From IMG/VR virus record IMGVR_UViG_3300031758_000060: DNA of 20,000 bases. One strand, written 5' to 3'. This document shows positions 8,826 through 16,800 of this stretch, piece by piece (position 1 is the first letter of the stretch; every line of letters begins with the position of its first letter). The translations under genes and the position numbers were made by a program. The notes under the pieces were generated by a model. It saw nothing but the letters and a program-made list of their open reading frames with translations, had not been told where the DNA came from and ran no database searches. The DNA comes from an uncultured virus (IMG/VR IMGVR_UViG_3300031758_000060). Its lineage: Duplodnaviria; Heunggongvirae; Uroviricota; Caudoviricetes.

Positions 8826-9028
8826 CAGAAGGGGATCTCGTCCCACTCCCACGCTGGGCATCCAACCTTCTCAACCTCGGGCGGCGGGCGCTCGCCGTTG
8901 GCCAGCTTGCAGCCGGAGTCGTACCAGTTGATGCAGTCGGCGCAAGACTTCTTGCGCAGGATCTCGCGCCAGTAGTGGGCCTCGCGCTCGGCGCACTGGA
9001 TCTTGACCTGGATCTCGATGGGCTTCAT
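8825..9028 (-). CDS. Small Cys-rich protein (67 aa) ending in WDEIPF
   Basis: ATG at 9028 has a GGAG RBS. The protein has a CADC...C...GC pattern and its stop overlaps the xis start. Confidence 0.75.
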   Translation of the reverse strand: MKPIEIQVKIQCAEREAHYWREILRKKSCADCINWYDSGCKLANGERPPPEVEKVGCPAWEWDEIPF

Positions 9029-9041
9029 GTCTTGGCTCCAG

Positions 9042-9911
9042 TCAATCGGTGCATCCCAGGCACTCGATGCCGTCGTCGGGTATGCCGGTGTCGTATCCGA
9101 AGGCATCGGTCTGCGTCTGCGCGAAGTTCAGCATCTGCGCGTAACTCGGACGGTCGCTTCTGAACGTGCCGCCGTTTGTGATCTTGGGGTTGGTGATGCT
9201 GTGCTCTTGCTTGGCCCACCACGCAGCCCGCTCTGGTTTCTCGGCGATCAGGCTCATGACGATGGCGCTGTGCTTGAGAAAACACAGATCGCAGTTGCCG
9301 TGCATCGTTGTGCCGTTCACGTTGGGCAGCGCCAGATCAAAGGATGCCTGCTGCCAATAGCGGCCCACCTCGCTGCGGCCAATCCCAAGGTCAGCAAGTG
9401 GGGCGCGGCGCTCAATGCCGCGAGTGCCGCCACTCGGGTCGGCGCGCAGCTTGGCCACTCGCACCGGCTCGTCGGCGCGGATACCTACCAGCACATCAAA
9501 TTCCTCATGCCCCAAGCTGCGCATGTAATCAGCGATCCGCAGGATCTTCAGTTCCACGGTGCAGAACCGCGCCACTGGGTTTGGCAAGTAGTTGCGCGCC
9601 CGGATCAACGCCTCGAATGGTTCGCCGTCACGACTGGCTGTCTCGAAGGTCACTTGCCGCCATCCCGCCCCATCGGGCAGGTACTCCACCCAGACAATCG
9701 GGATCATCCAGTTCGCGCTGCAGTCGCGCACAAAGCGCAACGTGGCCTCGTTCTCTTTGCCGGTGTTCGCAAACACCACATGGCAGTCAGGCGGCAGCGC
9801 ACCGCCGTGAGCGTCGAGCAACATGCGCAGCATGTAGGCACTGGTGCGCCCACCGCTGAAGCTGATGCAGGTCGGGCCGTCGATCTTGAACGGATCGGTT
9901 GCTGTCCTCAT
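9042..9911 (-). CDS. PAPS-reductase-family (PP-loop, NinC/DndC-like) protein (289 aa)
   Basis: ISFSGGRTS PP-motif, FANTGKE, RFCTVELKI, VGIRADE, GNCDLCFLK and a terminal CLGC. ATGA-coupled to the helicase. Confidence 0.85.
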   Translation of the reverse strand: MRTATDPFKIDGPTCISFSGGRTSAYMLRMLLDAHGGALPPDCHVVFANTGKENEATLRFVRDCSANWMIPIVWVEYLPDGAGWRQVTFETASRDGEPFEALIRARNYLPNPVARFCTVELKILRIADYMRSLGHEEFDVLVGIRADEPVRVAKLRADPSGGTRGIERRAPLADLGIGRSEVGRYWQQASFDLALPNVNGTTMHGNCDLCFLKHSAIVMSLIAEKPERAAWWAKQEHSITNPKITNGGTFRSDRPSYAQMLNFAQTQTDAFGYDTGIPDDGIECLGCTD

Positions 9912-11557
9912 GCGTACTCCTGCGCGAACTCAACCCAGGTCTTGCGACGGATGGCCTTGGCAAGGCCGTAGCGCAGCGGACCCAACTGCATCCCTGTCAC
10001 GCGCCAATACTTGCCCTCCATCTTGACCGAGATGGTCTTGGGTGTCGGGATCTTCTCTTCTGCGATGGCCATGGCTTCGTCAACCGTCTGCGGGCACATC
10101 ATCCCGCGGTCCCAGAACCAGCGGACGGCGTGCTTCTTCACGAAGGGGCGATCGTCCTCGATCGGCACCCACTCAGAGAACGTCGAGACCCCGCAGTAGT
10201 AGGTGACCTTCAGGCTCGGCGTCTTGCCAGCCTTCTCGTGCTTCTCGTACTCGACGCGGTCCACCTCGTACTCGCGTGGCTTCTCCAGCGCGGCCACGAT
10301 CACGGCGTCGGCCGCCTCGGTGCCGTGCGCAGCGGCTCGCTCCCAGACATGGCCGCAGCCAGGGCACTCCATGATCGAGGTGTAGACAAGCTCGTGGCAG
10401 TCTGGGCACTCCTTGACTGGGGCCACGCTTACGCCCTCGCCCTTGCCGCCCTTGCGCTTGACCTTGATCTGGTCGATGGGGCCGTGGCGCTGCACGTTGC
10501 CGGCGAAGTCCAACACCAGGGTGTTCTCCTTCACCCCGTCCTTGCGCAGCCCACGGCCCATGATCTGCACGTACAGGCCCGTGCTCTTGGTCGGGCGCAG
10601 CATCACGATGCAGTCGATGCTCGGGTAGTCGAACCCGGTGGTGAGCAGCATCGCGTTGAACAGGAAGCGAATCTTCCCGCTCTTGAAGGCATTGATCTTC
10701 GCGTCACGCTCGCCGGCAGCCATCTCCCCACTGACGTAGTCTGCAGTCCAGCCCCTGTCACGGGCAGCCTGGGCGCAGTGCTTGGCATGGTCGATGCCGG
10801 CGCAGAACCCGAGAACGTGCTGGCGGTCGTGGGCCAGACGGGCGATCTCGTCCATGGCCCCTTCAATGAGGTAGCCCTTGTCCATCGCGGCCTGGAGTTC
10901 GCTGGCCACGAACTCGCCGCCGCGGACATGGACACCGGACAGGTCGGCCTCGGTCGCGCCGCGCTTGGCCACCAGCGGGCAGAGATAGCCGTCCTTGATG
11001 AGGTCGGCCACGTTGGCCTCGTAGGCGATGTCGGTGAAGATCCGATCCTTGCCCTCGATCAGGATGCCGCTGTCCATGCGGTAGGGCGTGGCCGTCAGGC
11101 CGATCACCTTGAGCGCCGGGTTGTGTGCGCGCAGGCCGTCCAGAAAGCGGCCGTACATGGTGTCGGCGTTGCGCGGGATCAGATGCGCCTCGTCCACCAG
11201 GACGAGGTCGATCGGTGAGAACTTGGCCGGGAGGCGGTGGACCGACTGGATACCGGCCACCGTGATCTGGTGCTTGGTCTTCTGCCCCAGGCCGGCAGAC
11301 CAGATGCCGATGGGGGTCTGGGGCCAGTACCGGATGATGGCCTTCGCGTCCTGCTCGATCAGTTCCTTTATATGCGTCAGAACAATCATCCGCGTGCCAG
11401 GGTACTGCTCTATTGCTTGCTTGATGAATGCCGCAAGAGTCAGAGACTTGCCTGCACCTGTGGGCAGCACTATCAACGGATTTCCGCTGTTGCTCTCGAA
11501 GTATTTGTATAGAGCTTGGATGGCCTCAACCTGATATGAGCGAAGAGACAAAGTCAT
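9908..11557 (-). CDS. SF2 DEAH helicase, RadD/YejH-like, with C-terminal zinc ribbon (549 aa)
   Basis: LRSYQ, PTGAGKS, DEAH, GLTATP, LTTGFD, QIMGRGLR and CPDC...CPGC. The start at 11557 forms an ATGA overlap with the endonuclease stop. Confidence 0.93.
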   Translation of the reverse strand: MTLSLRSYQVEAIQALYKYFESNSGNPLIVLPTGAGKSLTLAAFIKQAIEQYPGTRMIVLTHIKELIEQDAKAIIRYWPQTPIGIWSAGLGQKTKHQITVAGIQSVHRLPAKFSPIDLVLVDEAHLIPRNADTMYGRFLDGLRAHNPALKVIGLTATPYRMDSGILIEGKDRIFTDIAYEANVADLIKDGYLCPLVAKRGATEADLSGVHVRGGEFVASELQAAMDKGYLIEGAMDEIARLAHDRQHVLGFCAGIDHAKHCAQAARDRGWTADYVSGEMAAGERDAKINAFKSGKIRFLFNAMLLTTGFDYPSIDCIVMLRPTKSTGLYVQIMGRGLRKDGVKENTLVLDFAGNVQRHGPIDQIKVKRKGGKGEGVSVAPVKECPDCHELVYTSIMECPGCGHVWERAAAHGTEAADAVIVAALEKPREYEVDRVEYEKHEKAGKTPSLKVTYYCGVSTFSEWVPIEDDRPFVKKHAVRWFWDRGMMCPQTVDEAMAIAEEKIPTPKTISVKMEGKYWRVTGMQLGPLRYGLAKAIRRKTWVEFAQEYA

Positions 11558-12186
11558 GCCAAGTACCTCATTGCTTTTTGCATCAGTGAAACATCTTCTG
11601 AAAACAGGCCGATGGCCTGATTGCACTTGCTGCACAACAGGCCGCGGACTCGACCAGTTGAGTGGCAGTGATCCACGTGTAGAGAGAAGTGAGACTCGGG
11701 AGTGTGGCCGCAAATCGCGCACGACGCAGACTGCCGTTCAACCATTGCCATGTAGGCGTCGCGTGTCAAACCATATTGCTTCTTGATTCGTGAGAACCTG
11801 GAACTGATCTTGTGTCTGCGTCGGGCTTCTCCGTCGCATTGAATGCAGTTGTTGGTGGAGACCCAACGCTTGTAATGGCCGCTTTTGCAAGGATCTGGGC
11901 TTTCATAAGTTGTGAGCCCAGCCTTATGAGCCAGCATTCGAGTGTGATGCTTGACGGCCCTCACACCGGCACGCGACTCGTCTACGCCGAGACGCTTGAC
12001 GTTCTTGACTCGATTGCACGCAACACAGCCACCGGCTTTTGTGTATCTAGGAGAGTTGTGTCCTTGCGCACAAGGTCTGCCGGTGTAGTAAAACCGAAAG
12101 CCGCACGCCGCCGCTTCCGATCCACTCTTCGGCAGTTCATCCAGATTGAGTCCGTACCCGTGGTGGCTGACGTCCTTCAGGGTCAC
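11554..12186 (-). CDS. Endonuclease VII-type His-Me finger endonuclease, probable freestanding homing endonuclease (210 aa)
   Basis: C-terminal KQYGLT...CAICG...LHVDHCHSTGRVRGLLCSKCNQAIG, plus two N-terminal C-x2-GH...CxxC repeats. GC is lower than in the flanks, and there are GTGA/ATGA overlaps at both ends. Confidence 0.88.
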   Translation of the reverse strand: MTLKDVSHHGYGLNLDELPKSGSEAAACGFRFYYTGRPCAQGHNSPRYTKAGGCVACNRVKNVKRLGVDESRAGVRAVKHHTRMLAHKAGLTTYESPDPCKSGHYKRWVSTNNCIQCDGEARRRHKISSRFSRIKKQYGLTRDAYMAMVERQSASCAICGHTPESHFSLHVDHCHSTGRVRGLLCSKCNQAIGLFSEDVSLMQKAMRYLA

Positions 12187-12503
12187 GCCTCCTCCTTCAC
12201 AAACACCCCGTCCTCGCGCAGCGTACCGCGCCGATCCTTGATCTGCGCGTAGGCGTGCTGCATGGCATCCACAAGGTCGATGCCCGCGAGGTCGGCGCCG
12301 ATCACGAGCGTGACCATGATGTCGCCGTAGGCGTCAATGATCTCGTTCCGGTCGCCGCGGTGCAGGGCCGACCAAAGCTCGCCCAATTCCTCATGGGTCT
12401 TGATGGCCTGGGCCATCGCGGTCGAGCGCGGGATGATCTTGCGGGCCTCGGCCCAGCGGATAACTTCGATCTCGACGTCACGGTAACTGCTACGGGTGCT
12501 CAT
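12183..12503 (-). CDS. MazG-like nucleotide pyrophosphohydrolase (106 aa)
   Basis: KTHEELGEL...EIIDAYGD (EExxE...ExxD) and AYAQIKDRRG...GVFVKE. Confidence 0.88.
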   Translation of the reverse strand: MSTRSSYRDVEIEVIRWAEARKIIPRSTAMAQAIKTHEELGELWSALHRGDRNEIIDAYGDIMVTLVIGADLAGIDLVDAMQHAYAQIKDRRGTLREDGVFVKEEA

Positions 12504-13576
12504 CCAACTATCCTTCCTTGAAACTGCTGACGGTATTGCTCGATGCCGGGGTCGGCAATGGCTCGATGGTCTTTGGCCGCGCTGATTTCCTGCGTGGCGT
12601 AGACCGGGACATCATTGGCCGGAGCGCAGAAGCGATCGGCCACGATGAACTGTGCGCCCGTGTCCTTGCGCTGGAAGCGGATCCAGCCGTCGGCCGCGTC
12701 GATGGGCTCGGCGTAGGTCAGCAGGAACGGCAGTGGCAGATGGCCCGGGCATCCCTTGCGCTGGATCTCGACCGGGATGTCAACCTTCTCCTGGCCCTTC
12801 GCGCACGTCCAGCGGCCATCGCCCTCGCGCTCCGGCGTGGAGTGGACACAGGTTCTGCAGGACACGGCAGGGACTTGGCCGCCGTGGCAAACGGCGTTGT
12901 GCGCGCACCAGTTGCACAGGTAGAACTTGGGGTCGTCGGAGATCTTGGCAGGCGGGGTCTGGCCGAAGATGATTGACTCGGCCTTGGCCTGGATCTGCTC
13001 GAACCGCACAGGGTCGAACTCGATGCGCTCGCTGTAGAGGTCGTCGTCGTCCTTGTTGACCGCGAGATACAGGGCGCGATCCATTCCACTCTTGCCCATG
13101 TACCACTGCATCTGGTCGTAGTGGACGGGCTTGGCGGCCTTGACGCCCTTCTTCTTGAGGTCGGCGAAGCTCTTGGATGAGTGCGTCTTGAACTCCAGGA
13201 CGTGCCACTTGGCGCCGCCACCAGGAACACTCTTCGCGCAGCCGTCCATGTGGCCACGCATGTGCCCGCCGTGGTCGGAGAACCCGAACTGCTTGCCCGT
13301 TGCCGGGTCCGCATCGTGAACCACGACGCCGATCGAGCGCAGGTCGGCCACGAATCGCGGCTCGGCCAAGTGCCCCGTCTGAAACAGGCGCAGAGTTCTG
13401 CCCTCGAACTTCTCGCGGCCGGCCCAGCGGAAGCCGTACCACAAGGCCCTGGAGCACTCGTTGCCGATCACCGAGGCGCCCAGGTAGGTGCGGGCCTGCT
13501 CGGCGTTGCCGGTCTTCTCGTACTGCTCAAAGATCGCTGCAGCGATCGCGTCAACGTGCTTGGTGAGATCAGCCAT
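12500..13576 (-). CDS. Cas4-like PD-(D/E)XK exonuclease with Cys cluster (358 aa)
   Basis: YLGASVIGNECSRALWY, GHMDG, LEFKT, QMQWYM and CNWCAHNAVC...CRTC. The start at 13576 is TGATG-coupled to the upstream gene. Confidence 0.85.
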   Translation of the reverse strand: MADLTKHVDAIAAAIFEQYEKTGNAEQARTYLGASVIGNECSRALWYGFRWAGREKFEGRTLRLFQTGHLAEPRFVADLRSIGVVVHDADPATGKQFGFSDHGGHMRGHMDGCAKSVPGGGAKWHVLEFKTHSSKSFADLKKKGVKAAKPVHYDQMQWYMGKSGMDRALYLAVNKDDDDLYSERIEFDPVRFEQIQAKAESIIFGQTPPAKISDDPKFYLCNWCAHNAVCHGGQVPAVSCRTCVHSTPEREGDGRWTCAKGQEKVDIPVEIQRKGCPGHLPLPFLLTYAEPIDAADGWIRFQRKDTGAQFIVADRFCAPANDVPVYATQEISAAKDHRAIADPGIEQYRQQFQGRIVG

Positions 13577-13866
13577 CAGTCGTTCGTCTGGGTGGGGTTG
13601 AATACGTGGCGCAGGAACTCTTCTGCGGGCATGGCCCGGGCTTCCTGCTGCTGCTTGTTCATCGTGTCCCAGGCGTCGAGCGAATACTCGGCCATCGTCT
13701 GAAACAGCACGGCCAGCGAGCGCGCCAGCGTGGCCTTGTCGGCGATCAGGGCCATGGTCTCGGCCAGGGCGATCGAACAACTCCTGGTAAAGGAAGCGAA
13801 CTCCTCCGGGGAGAAGTTGTTGCCCATGTGGATCATCATCTCGCGCATCTGCTTGTCGTAGTCCAT
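13576..13866 (-). CDS. Hypothetical protein (96 aa)
   Basis: ATG has an AGGAGAG RBS, the ORF is coupled to the downstream gene, and codon bias is typical for the window. Confidence 0.75.
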   Translation of the reverse strand: MDYDKQMREMMIHMGNNFSPEEFASFTRSCSIALAETMALIADKATLARSLAVLFQTMAEYSLDAWDTMNKQQQEARAMPAEEFLRHVFNPTQTND

Positions 13867-13879
13867 CGCTCTCTCCTAT

Positions 13880-13989
13880 GCGGCAGCAGCCCTCGGGCCG
13901 CTCTCGGATAGGGCCGGTCTTTCCCGGCTGTCACCCCTTTGCACACGCTGGGGTTGGGCGCGATCACGCGGCAGGAGTAACCGCGGTGC
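13880..13989 (-). promoter_or_regulatory. Structured intergenic RNA element with three or more hairpins, including a boxB-like GCCGG-GAAAGA-CCGGC
   Basis: Inverted repeats at 13967-13985, 13933-13954 and 13913-13928, in the only large gap of a tightly packed operon. Confidence 0.5.
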
Positions 13990-14346
13990 TCAAGAGGCCA
14001 GCCGGTTGCGAAGCTCGTAGCCCATCAGCGGCCAGACCTTGTTGACGGCATTGGCGCGTGCCACCTTGCGCCCGACCTCCGCGTCGAAGTTCTCCGGGCT
14101 GGCGCAGGCGCTTTCACCCGTGACGGTGAAGCCGTTGCGCAGCACCAGGACGCAGAAGGTCAGGAGGTGCAGCGGCTCGGGCACACCGACCGGCAGGTCC
14201 GTGCCCACACGGGCAATAGACACCCCCTGAGCGGCCGTGAAGTAGTGCTCCGAGGCGATGTTCGCCTCAATGTCAGCCGGCGTGATGCGCGGCGCGGTCA
14301 GGCCCTTGGCCTGGATCTCGGCCTCGATGGTGGCGTCGGTGCTCAT
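13990..14346 (-). CDS. Phage Gp49/Sf6 gp66 family protein (118 aa), candidate cyclic-nucleotide sponge
   Basis: APRITPADIE...LTFCVLVLRNGFTVTGESACASPENFDAEVGRKVA...WPLMGY is the family signature. Confidence 0.88.
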   Translation of the reverse strand: MSTDATIEAEIQAKGLTAPRITPADIEANIASEHYFTAAQGVSIARVGTDLPVGVPEPLHLLTFCVLVLRNGFTVTGESACASPENFDAEVGRKVARANAVNKVWPLMGYELRNRLAS

Positions 14347-14564
14347 GCGGGATCACCCCCCTCGCTGTCGGCCTGAGCCGGCGGCTGGGCCGCCTCGGCC
14401 TGGGCCTTCTGCTGGTGCTCCTGGATCTGCTGCAGCGAGATCCGACGGATTCCAACGACCAACTCGTTGACCTCGTCGTGCGGCAGCTTGCCCAGAGCGT
14501 TGAGGATGACGTTGACGGCCCCCACGGGCATCGTCAGGGTGATGGGGATCTGGGTAACGTCCAT
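14343..14564 (-). CDS. Hypothetical protein (73 aa)
   Basis: AGGAG RBS, ATGA overlap with the next gene, and VNVILNALGKLPHDEV amphipathic helices. Confidence 0.75.
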   Translation of the reverse strand: MDVTQIPITLTMPVGAVNVILNALGKLPHDEVNELVVGIRRISLQQIQEHQQKAQAEAAQPPAQADSEGGDPA

Positions 14565-14575
14565 GTGCGGTGCTC

Positions 14576-15061
14576 CTATCGCATCCAGGGGGCCACGGCC
14601 GGGGCCGCAGCGGGGGCGGGGGCGGGGGCCTGGGCACCCAGCGCAGACGCGGGGGCGCCAGACGCGACGGCCACGCCCTCGTACTTCTTGATGACGTTGC
14701 TCTCGCGCTTCTTGTCATCGACCTCGACGCCCACGGTGATGAGCATCGGACGGTTGTGCAGTTCGGCGCTGTCCTTGGGCTTCATGACACCCACGGCACG
14801 GCAGATCGCACCCAGTTCGCGCTGGGCGATGTCCACCGCGGTCTGGTTCTGGTTCTGCAGGTTCAACCGCGCCCACAGCTTGCGACCCTTGCAGGGGCCG
14901 TCCAGCACCTCGAAGGTGAACTGCAAGTAGGAGCCGGTGCCCGACTTGGTGGGCTTCATCTCGGAGGCCGTGGCGATGACCACGTACTGGCCCTCGGGCA
15001 GCGCGGAGAACTCCTGCTGCTCGGGAACTTGTGAGGCATCAAAGCCGTTTAGGTTTGCCAT
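14576..15061 (-). CDS. DUF669-family phage ssDNA-binding protein (161 aa)
   Basis: LPEGQYVV...TKSGTGSYLQFTFEVLDG...GRKLWARLNL...AVDIAQRELGAICRAVG, with an Ala/Pro-rich tail ending in PW. Confidence 0.85.
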   Translation of the reverse strand: MANLNGFDASQVPEQQEFSALPEGQYVVIATASEMKPTKSGTGSYLQFTFEVLDGPCKGRKLWARLNLQNQNQTAVDIAQRELGAICRAVGVMKPKDSAELHNRPMLITVGVEVDDKKRESNVIKKYEGVAVASGAPASALGAQAPAPAPAAAPAVAPWMR

Positions 15062-15085
15062 CGTTCAATCCTTTCTTCGTGGCAG

Positions 15086-15100
15086 TTGAGAAAAACTCGA
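15086..15100. promoter_or_regulatory. Distal operator-like palindrome TTGAG-AAAAA-CTCGA
   Basis: Matches the TYGAG-N5-CTCRA sites in the immunity region and lies in the intergenic gap upstream of the DUF669 gene. Confidence 0.7.
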
Positions 15101-15295
15101 TCAGTCGATCGAAGGGGTGGCGCGCAGGATGCGACCACCACCCTCCAGGTAGTTGGCGACGTCCCTGGTGTTGGCTGCGGTGACCTCGTACTGGCCGTCA
15201 ACGACCAGCTTGATGGCCTGCGAGGGGTGACCAGCCTCGACGAGTTTCACTTCGTCGGTAGTGACGTTCTTCACGGTGTAGATGCGGGTGTTCAA
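15101..15295 (-). CDS. Hypothetical protein (64 aa, TTG start)
   Basis: GAAAGG lies upstream of the TTG. The ORF fills the operon gap and has typical codon bias. Confidence 0.7.
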   Translation of the reverse strand: MNTRIYTVKNVTTDEVKLVEAGHPSQAIKLVVDGQYEVTAANTRDVANYLEGGGRILRATPSID

Positions 15296-15313
15296 GTGAT
15301 GCCTTTCAAGGAG

Positions 15314-16054
15314 TTATTGCGCCGAGGACGAGATCGCGTTTGCAAACGCGGCCCAATCCAGCGGCATCGACGGTGGGAGGTTGTAGCGATTCTTGGCCAG
15401 ATAGGCTGGCGTCTCCTGCGTATACAGCAGACGCTCACCCGTCGTGATGCCTCGACTCACCGACTTGTTGAAGCCAACGTCTTCCTTCTTGATAAGGGTG
15501 CGATAGTTGGCGAACAACACTGCATCGGCCCACTCTTGCACAAGCGCGCTGGCGCGCCCCTGCAGCTTGGGCTGATATCTGTCATACGGCTCCACTTCAG
15601 GAGAGTCGAACCGCTTGATTTCACAGTGGCCGATCAGAATCACCACCATGTTCTTTTCGTTGCGCAGAGCATTGAACCCTTCCAGCAGCTCACGCCACTT
15701 GTCGGCCAGGATCAGTGACCCCTTACCGTAGCTGAGTTCCTTGGCGTCGTACTTGGTCTCGATCTCGCGCTGCAGTATGTTTTCCATCCAGTCAGCGGAG
15801 TCGAGTACCACGGTCTTGTAGTCGTGCTGCTCGGTGTAGAGCGTGCGCAGCGCGTTTATGACGTCGGCGCTCGACTTGGCCAGCGGGAAGCTGGATGTGT
15901 CGATCGCGCCCAGGCCGTCCTCGGTGCAGATGAAGATCGGGTTGGGCGCCTGAGCGGCAAACGTGCTCTTGCCAATGCCATGCGTGGCATACAAGAACAT
16001 GCGAGGGGCATGGATAGTCTTGCCTTTGCGAATGCTGTTTAAGTCGAAAGCCAT
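15314..16054 (-). CDS. AAA_24 / Sak4-like ATPase, probable single-strand annealing recombinase (246 aa)
   Basis: Walker [11 protein letters not shown], Walker [10 protein letters not shown], plus [13 protein letters not shown] and AKNRY. Linked to the DUF669 SSB and Cas4-like nuclease genes. Confidence 0.88.
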   Translation of the reverse strand: MAFDLNSIRKGKTIHAPRMFLYATHGIGKSTFAAQAPNPIFICTEDGLGAIDTSSFPLAKSSADVINALRTLYTEQHDYKTVVLDSADWMENILQREIETKYDAKELSYGKGSLILADKWRELLEGFNALRNEKNMVVILIGHCEIKRFDSPEVEPYDRYQPKLQGRASALVQEWADAVLFANYRTLIKKEDVGFNKSVSRGITTGERLLYTQETPAYLAKNRYNLPPSMPLDWAAFANAISSSAQ

Positions 16055-16575
16055 TGTGTGGTTCCTTGTGTTGCTGTGCCGCGTGCGCGGCGGTTGTTTG
16101 CTTGCTCTTTAAGGGTGGCCCATCTGCAGTTTTCGGGCGAATAGTCGCCGTCGTTGTTGATGCGCTCGATCGTGTGCCCAGGCGGCCTCGGGCCCATGTC
16201 GGATTGGAATTTGTCGAATGAATCCCAGAGTGCGCACACCTTGATGCCGCGTCCTCCATATAAGGCGTAGTCCGCACTGCGGGGGTTGTTGCACCGCTGG
16301 CGCATCGTTTTCCAGACGGCGTACACAGCAGTGCCGGCGCGTCCATGCTTAACCCCTGGACCGATGCTCTTGCGGCCGTTTTCCACTGCGCGCTCAGAAC
16401 GCAAGCAGCCGCAAGACTTGACCTTACCGGCTCTTGCCAGAGAGCCGGCCAAGACCGTGGTCTTGCCGCAAGCGCAGGAGAACTCCCACACGCGCTTGCC
16501 GAAGGTGTCAGAGCCGACGCATCGAACTGCAGTAAGCCGCCCGAATTTGTGGCCAGTGATGTCAATCGGCACCAC
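16039..16575 (-). CDS. HNH homing endonuclease (178 aa)
   Basis: [14 protein letters not shown]...CACG...KSCGC...WKTMRQRC...YGGRGIKVC...[20 protein letters not shown]...QANN. GC is lower than in the flanks. Confidence 0.9.
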   Translation of the reverse strand: MVPIDITGHKFGRLTAVRCVGSDTFGKRVWEFSCACGKTTVLAGSLARAGKVKSCGCLRSERAVENGRKSIGPGVKHGRAGTAVYAVWKTMRQRCNNPRSADYALYGGRGIKVCALWDSFDKFQSDMGPRPPGHTIERINNDGDYSPENCRWATLKEQANNRRARGTATQGTTQWLST

Positions 16576-16578
16576 GTT

Positions 16579-16800
16579 TCAGTCCTTCGCTACGATGATG
16601 GTTGAGGGTTCGGGGTTGAGTTCAGGCACGGTGTCCTCGACCTTGGTGAAGGTCTTGGCCGTGCCCAGGACAGCCTGCAGGAGTTGGTAGATCATCCCGT
16701 GAGCCTGTGACTTGGGATCGAGTTCGGCGCCGAAGTCGGCGCCGACCGTCACCTGTCCAGTCAAGGGGTCGTCTTCAATGGTGATGGTGCCTCGGGCCAT
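16579..16800 (-). CDS. Hypothetical protein (73 aa, MARGTITIEDD...)
   Basis: TAATG coupling with the upstream gene. The longer ORF-track start overlaps that gene. Confidence 0.7.
   Translation of the reverse strand: MARGTITIEDDPLTGQVTVGADFGAELDPKSQAHGMIYQLLQAVLGTAKTFTKVEDTVPELNPEPSTIIVAKD

Noticed and set aside
9003..11218. Plus-strand ORFs of 322 and 439 aa
   Set aside because: They are antisense to the well-supported PAPS-reductase-like and helicase genes.
11558..11722. N-terminal extensions in the ORF track (helicase from 11722; likewise 13780, 16983, 17928, 18062, 9106, 8861)
   Set aside because: They overlap upstream genes or promoters. Internal starts with an RBS or stop-start coupling fit better.
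12500..13576. CRISPR-Cas locus suggested by the Cas4-like gene
   Set aside because: No repeat-spacer array or other cas genes are visible, and the context is a phage recombination operon.
14590..14645. G-rich short repeats (GGGGCG) as a regulatory or G-quadruplex element
   Set aside because: Explained by the Ala-Pro codons of the SSB tail on the minus strand.
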